Shown piece by piece: positions 56,072 to 64,000 of a stretch of 64,000 nucleotides of DNA. The DNA comes from Hyphomicrobiales bacterium (GTDB taxonomy: Bacteria; Pseudomonadota; Alphaproteobacteria; SPJN01), in assembly GCA_006844605.1 (NCBI GenBank), contig SPJN01000002.1, positions 16,337 through 80,336 on the forward strand. The letters run 5' to 3'. The translations under genes were made by a program, and so were the position numbers. Every line of letters begins with the position of its first letter. The first letter of the stretch is position 1. The notes under the pieces were generated by a model. The model had not been told where the DNA came from. It saw nothing but the letters and a program-made list of their open reading frames with translations, and made no database searches.

Positions 56072-56189
56072 GAACCGCCTTTTCGGGGGCTGATCCTGCT
56101 GTCTAACTGACAAACTTGTTGACAATATGTCAGTGGGCCATAGAGTCCTGCCGAGCTTGAACCTAAAACCAAAAAGGGAGCCGGTGGGG

Positions 56190-57305
56190 ATGATAGATTT
56201 CAGCCTGACTGAAGAGCAGGAGATGATCCGCGATGCTGCGCGCAATTTTGCGCAGAATGAGCTTGTGGATCGTGCCCGCGATGCAGATGAAGAGTTTAAT
56301 TTACCTGAAGATGTAACCGAAGGTGCCTGGGCGATGGGTTTCGTCGCCGGTGCCATTCCAGAGGCCAATGGCGGTGTCGGCATGGATCGTTCACCGACAA
56401 CCAATGTATTGGTTTTGGAAGAATTAGGCGCTGGGTGCCCGTCGCTTGCCTCTGGCGCGATGAGCCCCAGCCTGTTCGTCAATCCGCTGATTGATTTCGG
56501 TACAGATGAGCAGAAGGCAGAATATCTGCCCGCCTTTACCGGTGAAAGCTTCACCGCTGGCACGCTTGCCATGCAGGAACCTGATTTCAGCTTTGACCCG
56601 GCGAACATCAAAACATCAGCCACATTGTCAAACGGTGAATATACGCTGAACGGTGTGAAGCGTTTGGTGCCCCTGGCAGAATCCAGTGACCATATTCTGG
56701 TGCTGGCCAAAACGGGTGAAGGTATCGGCCTTGATACGCTTGATGCCTTTATCGTGCCGCGTGATGCGTCTGGGCTGTCGATCAGCAATGAACGTGAACG
56801 CACGATCGGTTTCCAAGCCGTACCCCATTACACGGTTACGCTCGACAACGTAAAAGTTGGTGCCAGCCAGCGCCTTGGTGGTGAACAGGGCATTGATGGT
56901 GCGCGCCTCGTCAACTCAATCCGTATTGGCGCAGCCGCGCTTGCGGTTGGTTGTGCCCGTGCGGCAACTGAATTTGCCATAGATTATGCGAAAGAACGTC
57001 ATGCCTTTGGCAAGCCGATTGCGCAAAAGCAGGCCATTGCCTTTATGATTGCCGATATGCACACCGAAGTAGACGCCATGCGTTGGATGGTGTGGAAAGC
57101 TGCTGCCTTGTTGGAGCAAAACCACCCCGACGCGACCAAGGCGACAACGCTGGCGCAAAACTATGTGCAGCGTAAGGCTATGAAAGTGGCTGACGATGGC
57201 ATTCAGGTCTTTGGCGGTCACGGCTTTATCCGTGAATTGCCGGTCGAAATGTGGTTCCGCCACATGCGTACACTAACTATCATTGAAGGCCCGGTTGCGG
57301 CTTAA
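56190..57305 (+). CDS. acyl-CoA dehydrogenase family protein (first of an adjacent pair; short C-terminus)
   Basis: MIDFSLTEEQEMIRDAARNFA and VFGGHGFIRELPVEMWFRHMRTLTIIEGPVAA-stop. Start trimmed to the ATG at 56190. Confidence 0.8.
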   Translation: MIDFSLTEEQEMIRDAARNFAQNELVDRARDADEEFNLPEDVTEGAWAMGFVAGAIPEANGGVGMDRSPTTNVLVLEELGAGCPSLASGAMSPSLFVNPLIDFGTDEQKAEYLPAFTGESFTAGTLAMQEPDFSFDPANIKTSATLSNGEYTLNGVKRLVPLAESSDHILVLAKTGEGIGLDTLDAFIVPRDASGLSISNERERTIGFQAVPHYTVTLDNVKVGASQRLGGEQGIDGARLVNSIRIGAAALAVGCARAATEFAIDYAKERHAFGKPIAQKQAIAFMIADMHTEVDAMRWMVWKAAALLEQNHPDATKATTLAQNYVQRKAMKVADDGIQVFGGHGFIRELPVEMWFRHMRTLTIIEGPVAA

Positions 57306-57324
57306 TCGAAGGGAGGACACGACA

Positions 57325-58491
57325 ATGGATTTTACATATTCCCCCGGCGAACAAGCCATGATCGAGGAATACAAACGGCAGGGCAAGATCCTGCGCCAGC
57401 ACGCCCGCTATTGGGAAGAGCATGAGTCAGAAGTTCCGCCGGAGGAATTTCCTGAATCAGCAGACAATCCGACGCCATTGCTGAAACTTGCCATCGACAA
57501 AGAAGGCGACAGCTCAGGCATCGTGATGGGCATGATGGTCACCATCTATAATAGTTGGGGTGACACGCTTTCCATGAAAATGGGGCCCGGTGCGCTTGGC
57601 AATGCGGCGCTTGCTGCTGCCGGCACGCCAGAGCAGAAAGAGCGTTGGGGCAATACCCGCCTTGCCATGTCAATTACAGAACCCGGCTGCGGTTCTGATT
57701 CAAAGGCTGTGCAGACAACCGCTGTTCTTGATGGCGATGAATGGGTTTTGAACGGCGACAAGATTTTTGTCACCACAGGTGTGCGCGCCGATGGCGTTGT
57801 TGTGTGGGCAACCATCGACAAGTCAGCAGGCCGTGCCGGGATCAAAAGCTTTATCGTTATGAAAGGCACTCCGGGTTTTGAACTTGTCCGCAAGGAGAAG
57901 AAGCTTGGCATCCGCGCCGACGATACAGCGGCGCTGCGTTTCGATGATTGCCGCATTCCGCGCGATCATCTGCTTGGTGGTGATGAAACTGTGCCCAAGG
58001 CAGGCTCAGGCGGGTTTAAGGGTGTGATGAAGACCTTTAACATGACCCGTCCTGCGGTTGGCGCAGGCGGTATCGGCAAGGCCTTGGCCTCGCATGATCA
58101 TGTCACCGAACAACTGGCAGAGCAGGGCTTTGAAGTTGATTGGGAAAAGGGTCGTCAGAACCGCTCAACGATTGAGCAGACCATGCTGGAAACCGAAGCA
58201 GACCTTGAAGCGGCAACGCTGACCGTCTATCGGGCGGCGTGGTTAAGCGGCCAGAAAAAGCCCAACAATCTTGAAGCATCTGTTGCGAAGTCGAAGGGCG
58301 GCGAAGTTGCCCGCACAGGCCCGCAGCGCATGATTGAGGTGCTGGGTGCTGTGGGGATCACCCATGACCATCTGGTCGAAAAATGGCTGCGTGATGGCCG
58401 TATTTCAGACATTTATGAAGGCACCGGTCAGATTCAGCGTTTGATTATCGCGCGTGAAATCTTTGGCTATACGTCAGCTGAACTCGACTAG
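57325..58491 (+). CDS. acyl-CoA dehydrogenase family protein (second of pair)
   Basis: ITEPGCGSDS and RDGRISDIYEGTGQIQRLIIAREIFG. GGGAGGA RBS upstream of the ATG at 57325. Confidence 0.85.
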   Translation: MDFTYSPGEQAMIEEYKRQGKILRQHARYWEEHESEVPPEEFPESADNPTPLLKLAIDKEGDSSGIVMGMMVTIYNSWGDTLSMKMGPGALGNAALAAAGTPEQKERWGNTRLAMSITEPGCGSDSKAVQTTAVLDGDEWVLNGDKIFVTTGVRADGVVVWATIDKSAGRAGIKSFIVMKGTPGFELVRKEKKLGIRADDTAALRFDDCRIPRDHLLGGDETVPKAGSGGFKGVMKTFNMTRPAVGAGGIGKALASHDHVTEQLAEQGFEVDWEKGRQNRSTIEQTMLETEADLEAATLTVYRAAWLSGQKKPNNLEASVAKSKGGEVARTGPQRMIEVLGAVGITHDHLVEKWLRDGRISDIYEGTGQIQRLIIAREIFGYTSAELD

Positions 58492-58513
58492 GCATTGCCA
58501 ATGATGACTAAGG

Positions 58514-58541
58514 AAAAGGGGGCTTTGCGGCCCCCTTTTTT
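58514..58541. terminator. strong bidirectional rho-independent terminator between convergent genes
   Basis: AAAAGGGGGC (58514..58523), loop TTTGCG, GCCCCCTTTTTT (58530..58541). Confidence 0.75.
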
Positions 58542-58567
58542 GATAGGTGATTTTGTTTGATTGGCGA

Positions 58568-59338
58568 TTAGGCCAAGGCCCGCCACAATAACCCGGCACC
58601 GATGATCAGCAACAACCCGAACGTGATGGGCTTGTAATTGCCTTCGCCATATTTGTTAAAGGTGCGTGTGCCGATAATATTACCGATGATCAACACAGGC
58701 AAAAAGACCGCGGCACGCGTTACTGTCGATGTAATATCGGCCCCGGCAATGAATTGCCCAGCAACGGCCAGAAAGTCGATAAAGAAGAAATAGACCAGCA
58801 AAGTCGCGCGCTGCACATCCGGTGTCAGGTTGGTGCCTAATAGATAGGACAGGACAGGTGGGCCGGGAATGCCGGACAGCCCGGCCATAAAGCCGCCGCC
58901 AGCCCCCGCAACAACTGAACCTGCGCCGCCGGGTTGTTGATCGGTGTTGGCGCGTTTTGCAGACCAACCGAAAAGGATGATCGATAGGGCCAGAACGGCC
59001 ACCAATAACAGGCGCATTTGATCATCTGTGATGGACCCCAGCACGTAAACACCCGGCGCTACCAATAGGACTGACCCGATAACCATGCCCTTCAGGGCCG
59101 GACGATTGGCGACCGGCCATGCAGCGGGGGTTAGTTGCAACCCGGTGACAATTTCAAGGGTCAAAATAATCGGCACAACTTCCTGCGGGGGCATGACAAG
59201 ACCCAAAACAGGCACCGCAATCATGGCAAAGCCGAATCCGGTGAAGCTGCGCATAAAGGCAGCCCCCATAATGGCGGTCATATTGGCCAGCCAATGCCAT
59301 AGCGCCAAACCGCCGATCTCTTGGGTTAAAAATTCCAT
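58568..59338 (-). CDS. TauE/SafE family sulfite exporter-like membrane protein
   Basis: About 8 TM helices with FTGFGFAMIAVP and GGGFMAGLSGIPGPP. Start trimmed to MEFLTQEIGG (59338). Confidence 0.75.
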   Translation of the reverse strand: MEFLTQEIGGLALWHWLANMTAIMGAAFMRSFTGFGFAMIAVPVLGLVMPPQEVVPIILTLEIVTGLQLTPAAWPVANRPALKGMVIGSVLLVAPGVYVLGSITDDQMRLLLVAVLALSIILFGWSAKRANTDQQPGGAGSVVAGAGGGFMAGLSGIPGPPVLSYLLGTNLTPDVQRATLLVYFFFIDFLAVAGQFIAGADITSTVTRAAVFLPVLIIGNIIGTRTFNKYGEGNYKPITFGLLLIIGAGLLWRALA

Positions 59339-59471
59339 AATATCAATCACTTCCCCCGAATAGGCCGACAGGGTCCAATTGCGCCTTTGGATCACTGGAA
59401 ACCCGCCCCGCTTCATGGCATAAGAGCGCCACCTATATTGTGATTGCAACCAAAAATGCGCACAAAAGCGC

Positions 59472-61514
59472 ATGAAACCGAGGAAATACCCTATGGCACA
59501 AGACGCTGAGGGCTTGGCACTGGCAGCGGAATTCCCTGCCGTGACCGAAGCAGACTGGCTCGCCAAGGTCGATGCGACCCTGAAAGGCGCACCGATCGAA
59601 AAGCTGGTCAGCAAAACCTATGATGGCATCCCGCTGAAACCGCTTTATACGCAGGCGGACTGGGACCAGCAGGCAGACCAAAATGGTGTGCCCGGCGCGG
59701 CCCCTTTCACCCGTGGTGGTGCATGGCGCGACCCGCTGGGCCCGCCATGGCATATTCGTGCGCGTATCTCCAAGGTTGACCCCAAGGGTGCCAACAAGGA
59801 TGCGTTGACCGATCTGGTGAATGGCGCAACGGCGCTAGAATTGCTGGTTGATGCAGATGCGGGCGGTAATGAGGCGCGCGGTATTGCCGTGCAGGACGTT
59901 GCAGACCTTGAAGCTGTGTTGAATGACGTCATGCTTGATTTGGCCCCGGTGTCATTCAAGGCCGGGCCACACGCCGTTGCTGTGGCAACCGCCTTGCTTG
60001 CGGTTTGGGAAGGCCGTGATGTGCCTGCTGATCAGGCAGTTGCAAGTTTCAATATTGACCCGATCGGGACTTTGGCCAGCGATGGCGCATTGCCCGGCAG
60101 CCTGCGCAACGTGTTTGAGCAGTTGGCCGTGATGATCGGCTATCTTGATGGCAAGTGGGACAATGCCCGGTTGATCGGTGTTGATGCAGCCCTTCATCAC
60201 AGTGCCGGCGCATCTGAGGCGCAGGAGCTGGCAGCCGCATTGGCAACAGCCGTGGCCTATTTGCGTGCGTTGGATGACTTGGGTGTTGATGTCGCCAAGG
60301 CAGCAAAACATCTGACATTCACTTTCGCGCTGGATGCAGATGTCTTTTTGGGCATCACCAAATTACGTGCAGCCCGCCGCCTGTGGGCGCGTGTGCTGGA
60401 AGCTGCGGACATTGCGCCCCTGCCTATGGTGATAGAGGCTGAGACAGCCTCGCGCATGATGACAGCCTATGATCCGTGGGTGAATATGCTGCGCACAACC
60501 GCCGCCGGGTTTGCCGGGGCAATCGGTGGTGCCGATTCCATTGCCATTCGCGGCTATGACGAGGCGCAAGGGGCTGACGGTGAAATCGGTCGCCGCAATG
60601 CGCGCAATATTCAAATTGTCTTGGCAGAAGAAAGCCATTTGGGCCGGGTGCATGACCCCGCAGGCGGTGCCGGATTGTTTGAAAGCCTGACAGATGATTT
60701 GTGTGAAAGCGCATGGACGCTTTTCCAATCCATTGAAGCCCGTGGCGGGATTGTTGAATTGATCAAGTCTGGCGACTGGGCGGCTGAATTGACCCGCACG
60801 GCAGAGGCGCGCGCGGTGAATGTTGCGCGCCGTAAGGAACAGCTGACAGGGTTGAGCGAGTTTCCAAATATTTTTGATGAGGTGGCCGCTGTTGATGAAG
60901 TGGTGCGCCCGGCACAAAAATCAGGTGCGGTGTCTTTCGACACGCCGCCCGAAGGTGTCGCCGCAGCGATTGAAAAGTTGCAGCAAGGTGCCTTGCTGAA
61001 GGATTTGACCGCCGCGCTCAACACTGATGCAGCAGAAACCGCACCTGTGTTGGTGCCCCGTCCCGTGGGGGCGGCCTTTGAAAGTCTGCGCAAACGGTCT
61101 GATGCCATCAAGGCAGATACGGGCACACGCCCGCAGGTCTTCCTTGCCAATCTTGGCCCGGTATCCAAACATACCGCCCGGGCGTCATTCGCCAAAAATT
61201 TCTTTGAAGCTGGCGGTGTCGAAGCCATCAGCACAGATGGCTTTGATGACATGGCCGCATTGGGCAATGCGTTCAAATCGTCAGGTGCGTCACTGGCTGT
61301 AATTTGTGGCGCTGATGATCAGTATGCTTCTATGGGGGCAGATGCCGCCACCGCGCTAAAGGTTGCGGGTGCTGTACAAATTTACCTTGCCGGGAAGGGC
61401 GGGGACAATGAAGCTGCACTGACCGGTGCCGGTGTGACCGACTATATTTTCATGGGTGCCAATTTGCTGGATATTCTATCCGCCGCCTATGACCGCCTGA
61501 TGGAGGCGAAGTGA
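59472..61514 (+). CDS. mutA: methylmalonyl-CoA mutase small (beta) subunit
   Basis: Mutase-fold N-half (PFTRGGAW...). The C-terminal Rossmann-like domain lacks the DxHxxG cobalamin ligand motif. Overlaps mutB by 4 nt. The start may be the internal MAQDAEG (59493). Confidence 0.8.
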   Translation: MKPRKYPMAQDAEGLALAAEFPAVTEADWLAKVDATLKGAPIEKLVSKTYDGIPLKPLYTQADWDQQADQNGVPGAAPFTRGGAWRDPLGPPWHIRARISKVDPKGANKDALTDLVNGATALELLVDADAGGNEARGIAVQDVADLEAVLNDVMLDLAPVSFKAGPHAVAVATALLAVWEGRDVPADQAVASFNIDPIGTLASDGALPGSLRNVFEQLAVMIGYLDGKWDNARLIGVDAALHHSAGASEAQELAAALATAVAYLRALDDLGVDVAKAAKHLTFTFALDADVFLGITKLRAARRLWARVLEAADIAPLPMVIEAETASRMMTAYDPWVNMLRTTAAGFAGAIGGADSIAIRGYDEAQGADGEIGRRNARNIQIVLAEESHLGRVHDPAGGAGLFESLTDDLCESAWTLFQSIEARGGIVELIKSGDWAAELTRTAEARAVNVARRKEQLTGLSEFPNIFDEVAAVDEVVRPAQKSGAVSFDTPPEGVAAAIEKLQQGALLKDLTAALNTDAAETAPVLVPRPVGAAFESLRKRSDAIKADTGTRPQVFLANLGPVSKHTARASFAKNFFEAGGVEAISTDGFDDMAALGNAFKSSGASLAVICGADDQYASMGADAATALKVAGAVQIYLAGKGGDNEAALTGAGVTDYIFMGANLLDILSAAYDRLMEAK

Positions 61515-63685
61515 TGAGCAAGCTACCTGATTTTTCAACGATTGCGTATAAGTCCGCAGATGCAGCAACCACTGACTGGTCCGCCAGTTACGAAGGGGCA
61601 ACCGGCCTGAAGGGCGATGACCAAAAGGTGATGACACCTGAAGGTGTCGCGGTGCAGCCGCTATACACCAACAAGGATGTTGAGGGGCTGGACTTTTTGG
61701 GCACATTCCCCGGTATCCCGCCTTATCTGCGTGGGCCGTATCCCACCATGTATGTAAACAAGCCGTGGACCGTCCGCCAATATGCGGGCTTTTCAACCGC
61801 AACGGAATCGAACGCCTTTTACCGTCGTAATCTGGCGGCGGGGCAAAAGGGTCTGTCCGTTGCATTCGACCTTGCCACCCATCGCGGCTATGATTCTGAT
61901 CATCCCCGTGTGGCGGGTGATGTCGGCATGGCCGGTGTGGCCATCGATTCAATTTTGGATATGGAAGTTTTGTTTGGCGGCATTCCGCTTGATGAGATGT
62001 CCGTATCCATGACCATGAACGGCGCTGTGTTGCCGATTATGGCACTGTATATTGTTGCTGCTGAAGAGCAGGGGGTTAGCCCCGAAAAACTGACCGGGAC
62101 AATTCAGAATGATATTCTGAAGGAGTTTATGGTCCGCAACACCTATATCTATCCGCCGACCCCGTCGATGCGGATTATCTCTGACATCTTTGCCTATACG
62201 TCAGAGAAAATGCCCAAGTTCAACTCAATCTCTATCTCCGGCTACCACATGCAGGAAGCGGGAGCGACAGCCGATTTGGAATTGGCCTATACGTTGGCAG
62301 ATGGTGTTGAATATGTGCGCGCCGGGCTTGAAACCGGACTTGATATTGACAAGTTTGCCCCCCGCCTCAGCTTCTTCTGGGCCATCGGCATGAACTTCTT
62401 TATGGAAGTTGCCAAAATGCGCGCAGCGCGTTTGTTGTGGGCCAAGCTGATCAAACAGTTCGACCCCAAGAACGACAAGTCACTGTCTTTGCGTACGCAT
62501 AGCCAGACCAGTGGTTGGTCGCTGACGGCGCAGGATGTCTACAACAATGTGACCCGTACGGCGGTTGAGGCAATGGCCGCAACCCAGGGTCATACGCAAA
62601 GCCTGCACACCAATGCCCTTGACGAGGCGTTGGCGCTGCCGACAGATTTCTCTGCCCGTATTGCACGGAACACGCAATTGTTCCTGCAACAGGAAAGCGG
62701 CACCACGCGCGTGATCGATCCGTGGGGCGGCTCTTACTATGTTGAAAAGCTGACCCATGAAATTGCCAATAAGGCCTGGGCGCATATTCAGGAAGTTGAA
62801 GAATTGGGCGGCATGGCAAAAGCGATTGAGGCCGGCATCCCCAAAATGCGGATCGAAGAAGCCGCGGCCCGCACGCAGGCGCGTATCGATTCAGGGACGC
62901 AGACTGTTGTGGGTGTGAACAAATATCAGCCTGATAACCCGGATGATATTGATGTCTTGAAGGTTGAAAACGCGACAGTCCGCGCCGAACAGATTGCCAA
63001 GCTGAAAAAATTGCGCGCTGAACGTGACGAGGCTGCCTGCCAAGCCACGCTTGAAGCGCTGACCAAGTCCGCTGAAACAGGCGAAGGCAATTTGCTTGAT
63101 CTTGCAGTGAATGCAGCGCGGGCACGTGCTACCGTGGGAGAGATTTCCGACGCGTTGGTAAAGGTCTATGGTCGTCATGTGGCCACAGTGAAATCCATTT
63201 CCGGCGTTTATAAAAGCGAGGTCGGCAAAATGTCTGATGCAGTCAATAAGGTGCAAGGCCGTGTGAACCAGTTTGCTGAGGATGAGGGGCGTCGCCCCCG
63301 TATCCTGATCGCCAAGATGGGGCAGGACGGTCATGACCGCGGCCAAAAAGTGGTCGCGACTGCCTTTGCCGATATGGGCTTTGACGTTGATATCGGGCCG
63401 TTGTTCCAAACACCGGAAGAAGCGGCCAAACAGGCTGTGGAAAATGATGCGCATATTGTGGCGGCCAGCTCGCTTGCTGCCGGTCATCTGACTTTGGTGC
63501 CCGAACTGAAGGAAGAGTTGAAGAAACTTGGCCGTGAAGACATCTTGATCGTTGTTGGCGGGGTGATCCCGCCGCAGGATTTCGATGCGCTTTATGACGC
63601 CGGTGCCGCCGCCATCTTCCCGCCGGGCACGGTGATTGCTGAATCGGCCAATCTGCTGCTTGATAAGCTGGCAGATGTCAGTTAA
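61511..63685 (+). CDS. mutB: methylmalonyl-CoA mutase large (alpha) subunit
   Basis: 724 aa with [34 protein letters not shown] and the B12-binding GQDGHDRG. Confidence 0.93.
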   Translation: MMSKLPDFSTIAYKSADAATTDWSASYEGATGLKGDDQKVMTPEGVAVQPLYTNKDVEGLDFLGTFPGIPPYLRGPYPTMYVNKPWTVRQYAGFSTATESNAFYRRNLAAGQKGLSVAFDLATHRGYDSDHPRVAGDVGMAGVAIDSILDMEVLFGGIPLDEMSVSMTMNGAVLPIMALYIVAAEEQGVSPEKLTGTIQNDILKEFMVRNTYIYPPTPSMRIISDIFAYTSEKMPKFNSISISGYHMQEAGATADLELAYTLADGVEYVRAGLETGLDIDKFAPRLSFFWAIGMNFFMEVAKMRAARLLWAKLIKQFDPKNDKSLSLRTHSQTSGWSLTAQDVYNNVTRTAVEAMAATQGHTQSLHTNALDEALALPTDFSARIARNTQLFLQQESGTTRVIDPWGGSYYVEKLTHEIANKAWAHIQEVEELGGMAKAIEAGIPKMRIEEAAARTQARIDSGTQTVVGVNKYQPDNPDDIDVLKVENATVRAEQIAKLKKLRAERDEAACQATLEALTKSAETGEGNLLDLAVNAARARATVGEISDALVKVYGRHVATVKSISGVYKSEVGKMSDAVNKVQGRVNQFAEDEGRRPRILIAKMGQDGHDRGQKVVATAFADMGFDVDIGPLFQTPEEAAKQAVENDAHIVAASSLAAGHLTLVPELKEELKKLGREDILIVVGGVIPPQDFDALYDAGAAAIFPPGTVIAESANLLLDKLADVS

Positions 63686-64000
63686 TGGCACGCGGCTTCC
63701 CACCTGCTGAAGACCTTGCCGCCGGGCTGTTGTCCGGCGACAGGACGGCCCTGTCGCGCGCCATTACGTTGATTGAATCAACGGCGCGCAAGCATCGGCC
63801 ATTGGCCCATGATCTGTTGCAAACGATATTGCCTCATACGGGCAAGGCACATCGCGTGGGGATCACGGGCGTGCCGGGCGTAGGCAAATCCACCACCATC
63901 GATCAGTTGGGCAGTAACCTGACCGCGATGGGGCACAAGGTTGCCGTGCTGGCGGTTGATCCGTCTTCGGCACGGTCCGGCGGGTCAATTCTGGGTGATA
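63685..64000 (+). CDS. meaB: methylmalonyl-CoA mutase-associated GTPase MeaB (5' part; runs off window)
   Basis: My translation from the ATG at 63685 (TAATG overlap with the mutB stop) gives [32 protein letters not shown]...[17 protein letters not shown] (Walker A). Confidence 0.85.
   Translation, partial: MARGFPPAEDLAAGLLSGDRTALSRAITLIESTARKHRPLAHDLLQTILPHTGKAHRVGITGVPGVGKSTTIDQLGSNLTAMGHKVAVLAVDPSSARSGGSILGD

Noticed and set aside
56006-56803. Long antisense ORFs, e.g. 56006..56803 (-, 265 aa, Ser-rich), 5313..5984 (-), 9782..10537 (-), 30232..30732 (-), 60611..61276 (-), 62891..63703 (-)
   Set aside because: Each lies entirely opposite a confidently identified gene (ACAD, hisC/tyrC, ACAD, tupB-like/mobA, mutA, mutB). 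They have low-complexity or Arg/Ser/Pro-rich composition typical of shadow frames in GC-rich DNA.
59339-59495. Cobalamin riboswitch or operator upstream of mutA
   Set aside because: There is only a short inverted repeat (ATGCGC-acaaaa-GCGCAT, around 59456..59473), which overlaps the possible mutA start. I saw no B12-box-like sequence and the region is too short for the riboswitch.
1-64000. Mobile elements, prophage, defence islands or toxin-antitoxin pairs
   Set aside because: I found no transposase, integrase, recombinase, phage structural, restriction-modification, Cas, abortive-infection or small paired toxin-antitoxin ORFs on either strand. I saw no flanking direct repeats or tRNA integration sites. 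Apart from short AT-rich promoter regions, composition looks uniform by eye.

Overview
Gene-dense chromosomal segment, moderately GC-rich by eye (not computed), with about 62 protein-coding genes. Gene content and synteny point to an alphaproteobacterial core-genome region (inference): gloB with a divergent methyltransferase, metX-metW with an ATGA overlap, chorismate mutase-hisC-tyrC-DUF2125, nadABC with a Nudix-like NadQ-type regulator, DUF2849-sulfite reductase-DUF934, and mutA-mutB-meaB. Functional blocks, left to right: (1) methionine, aromatic and histidine biosynthesis. (2) An acyl-CoA block unusually rich in hotdog-fold thioesterases and hydratases, with a MerR/LiuR-like regulator and a SulP transporter. 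(3) nadABC, bracketed by two paralogous acyl-CoA dehydrogenases. (4) An orphan Bacillales-type MurG-like glycosyltransferase. (5) Siroheme genes (cobA, cbiX), mobA, a Tup-like ABC transporter and a sulfite reductase operon. (6) A GT4 glycosyltransferase, methyltransferase and alpha/alpha-toroid cassette that converges on another methyltransferase across a 3-unit tandem repeat. (7) A secreted multi-EF-hand protein, a carboxyltransferase, HU, a prepilin peptidase and typA. (8) Transporters, hydrolases, a ROK regulator and a paired acyl-CoA dehydrogenase operon. (9) Methylmalonyl-CoA mutase mutA-mutB-meaB. I found no rRNA, tRNA, CRISPR array, transposase, integrase, phage gene or recognisable defence or toxin-antitoxin gene, so I cannot claim a clearly novel system. 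The best candidates for a second look are: the 136-bp tandem array made of fossil copies of a gene 3' end; the uncharacterised GT4/methyltransferase/toroid cassette with its structured leader or upstream ORF; the hotdog-fold island; a candidate sRNA with a CCUCCC motif; and palindromic operators in the nadA promoter. All product calls rest on motif and family recognition by eye. None has been checked by database search.
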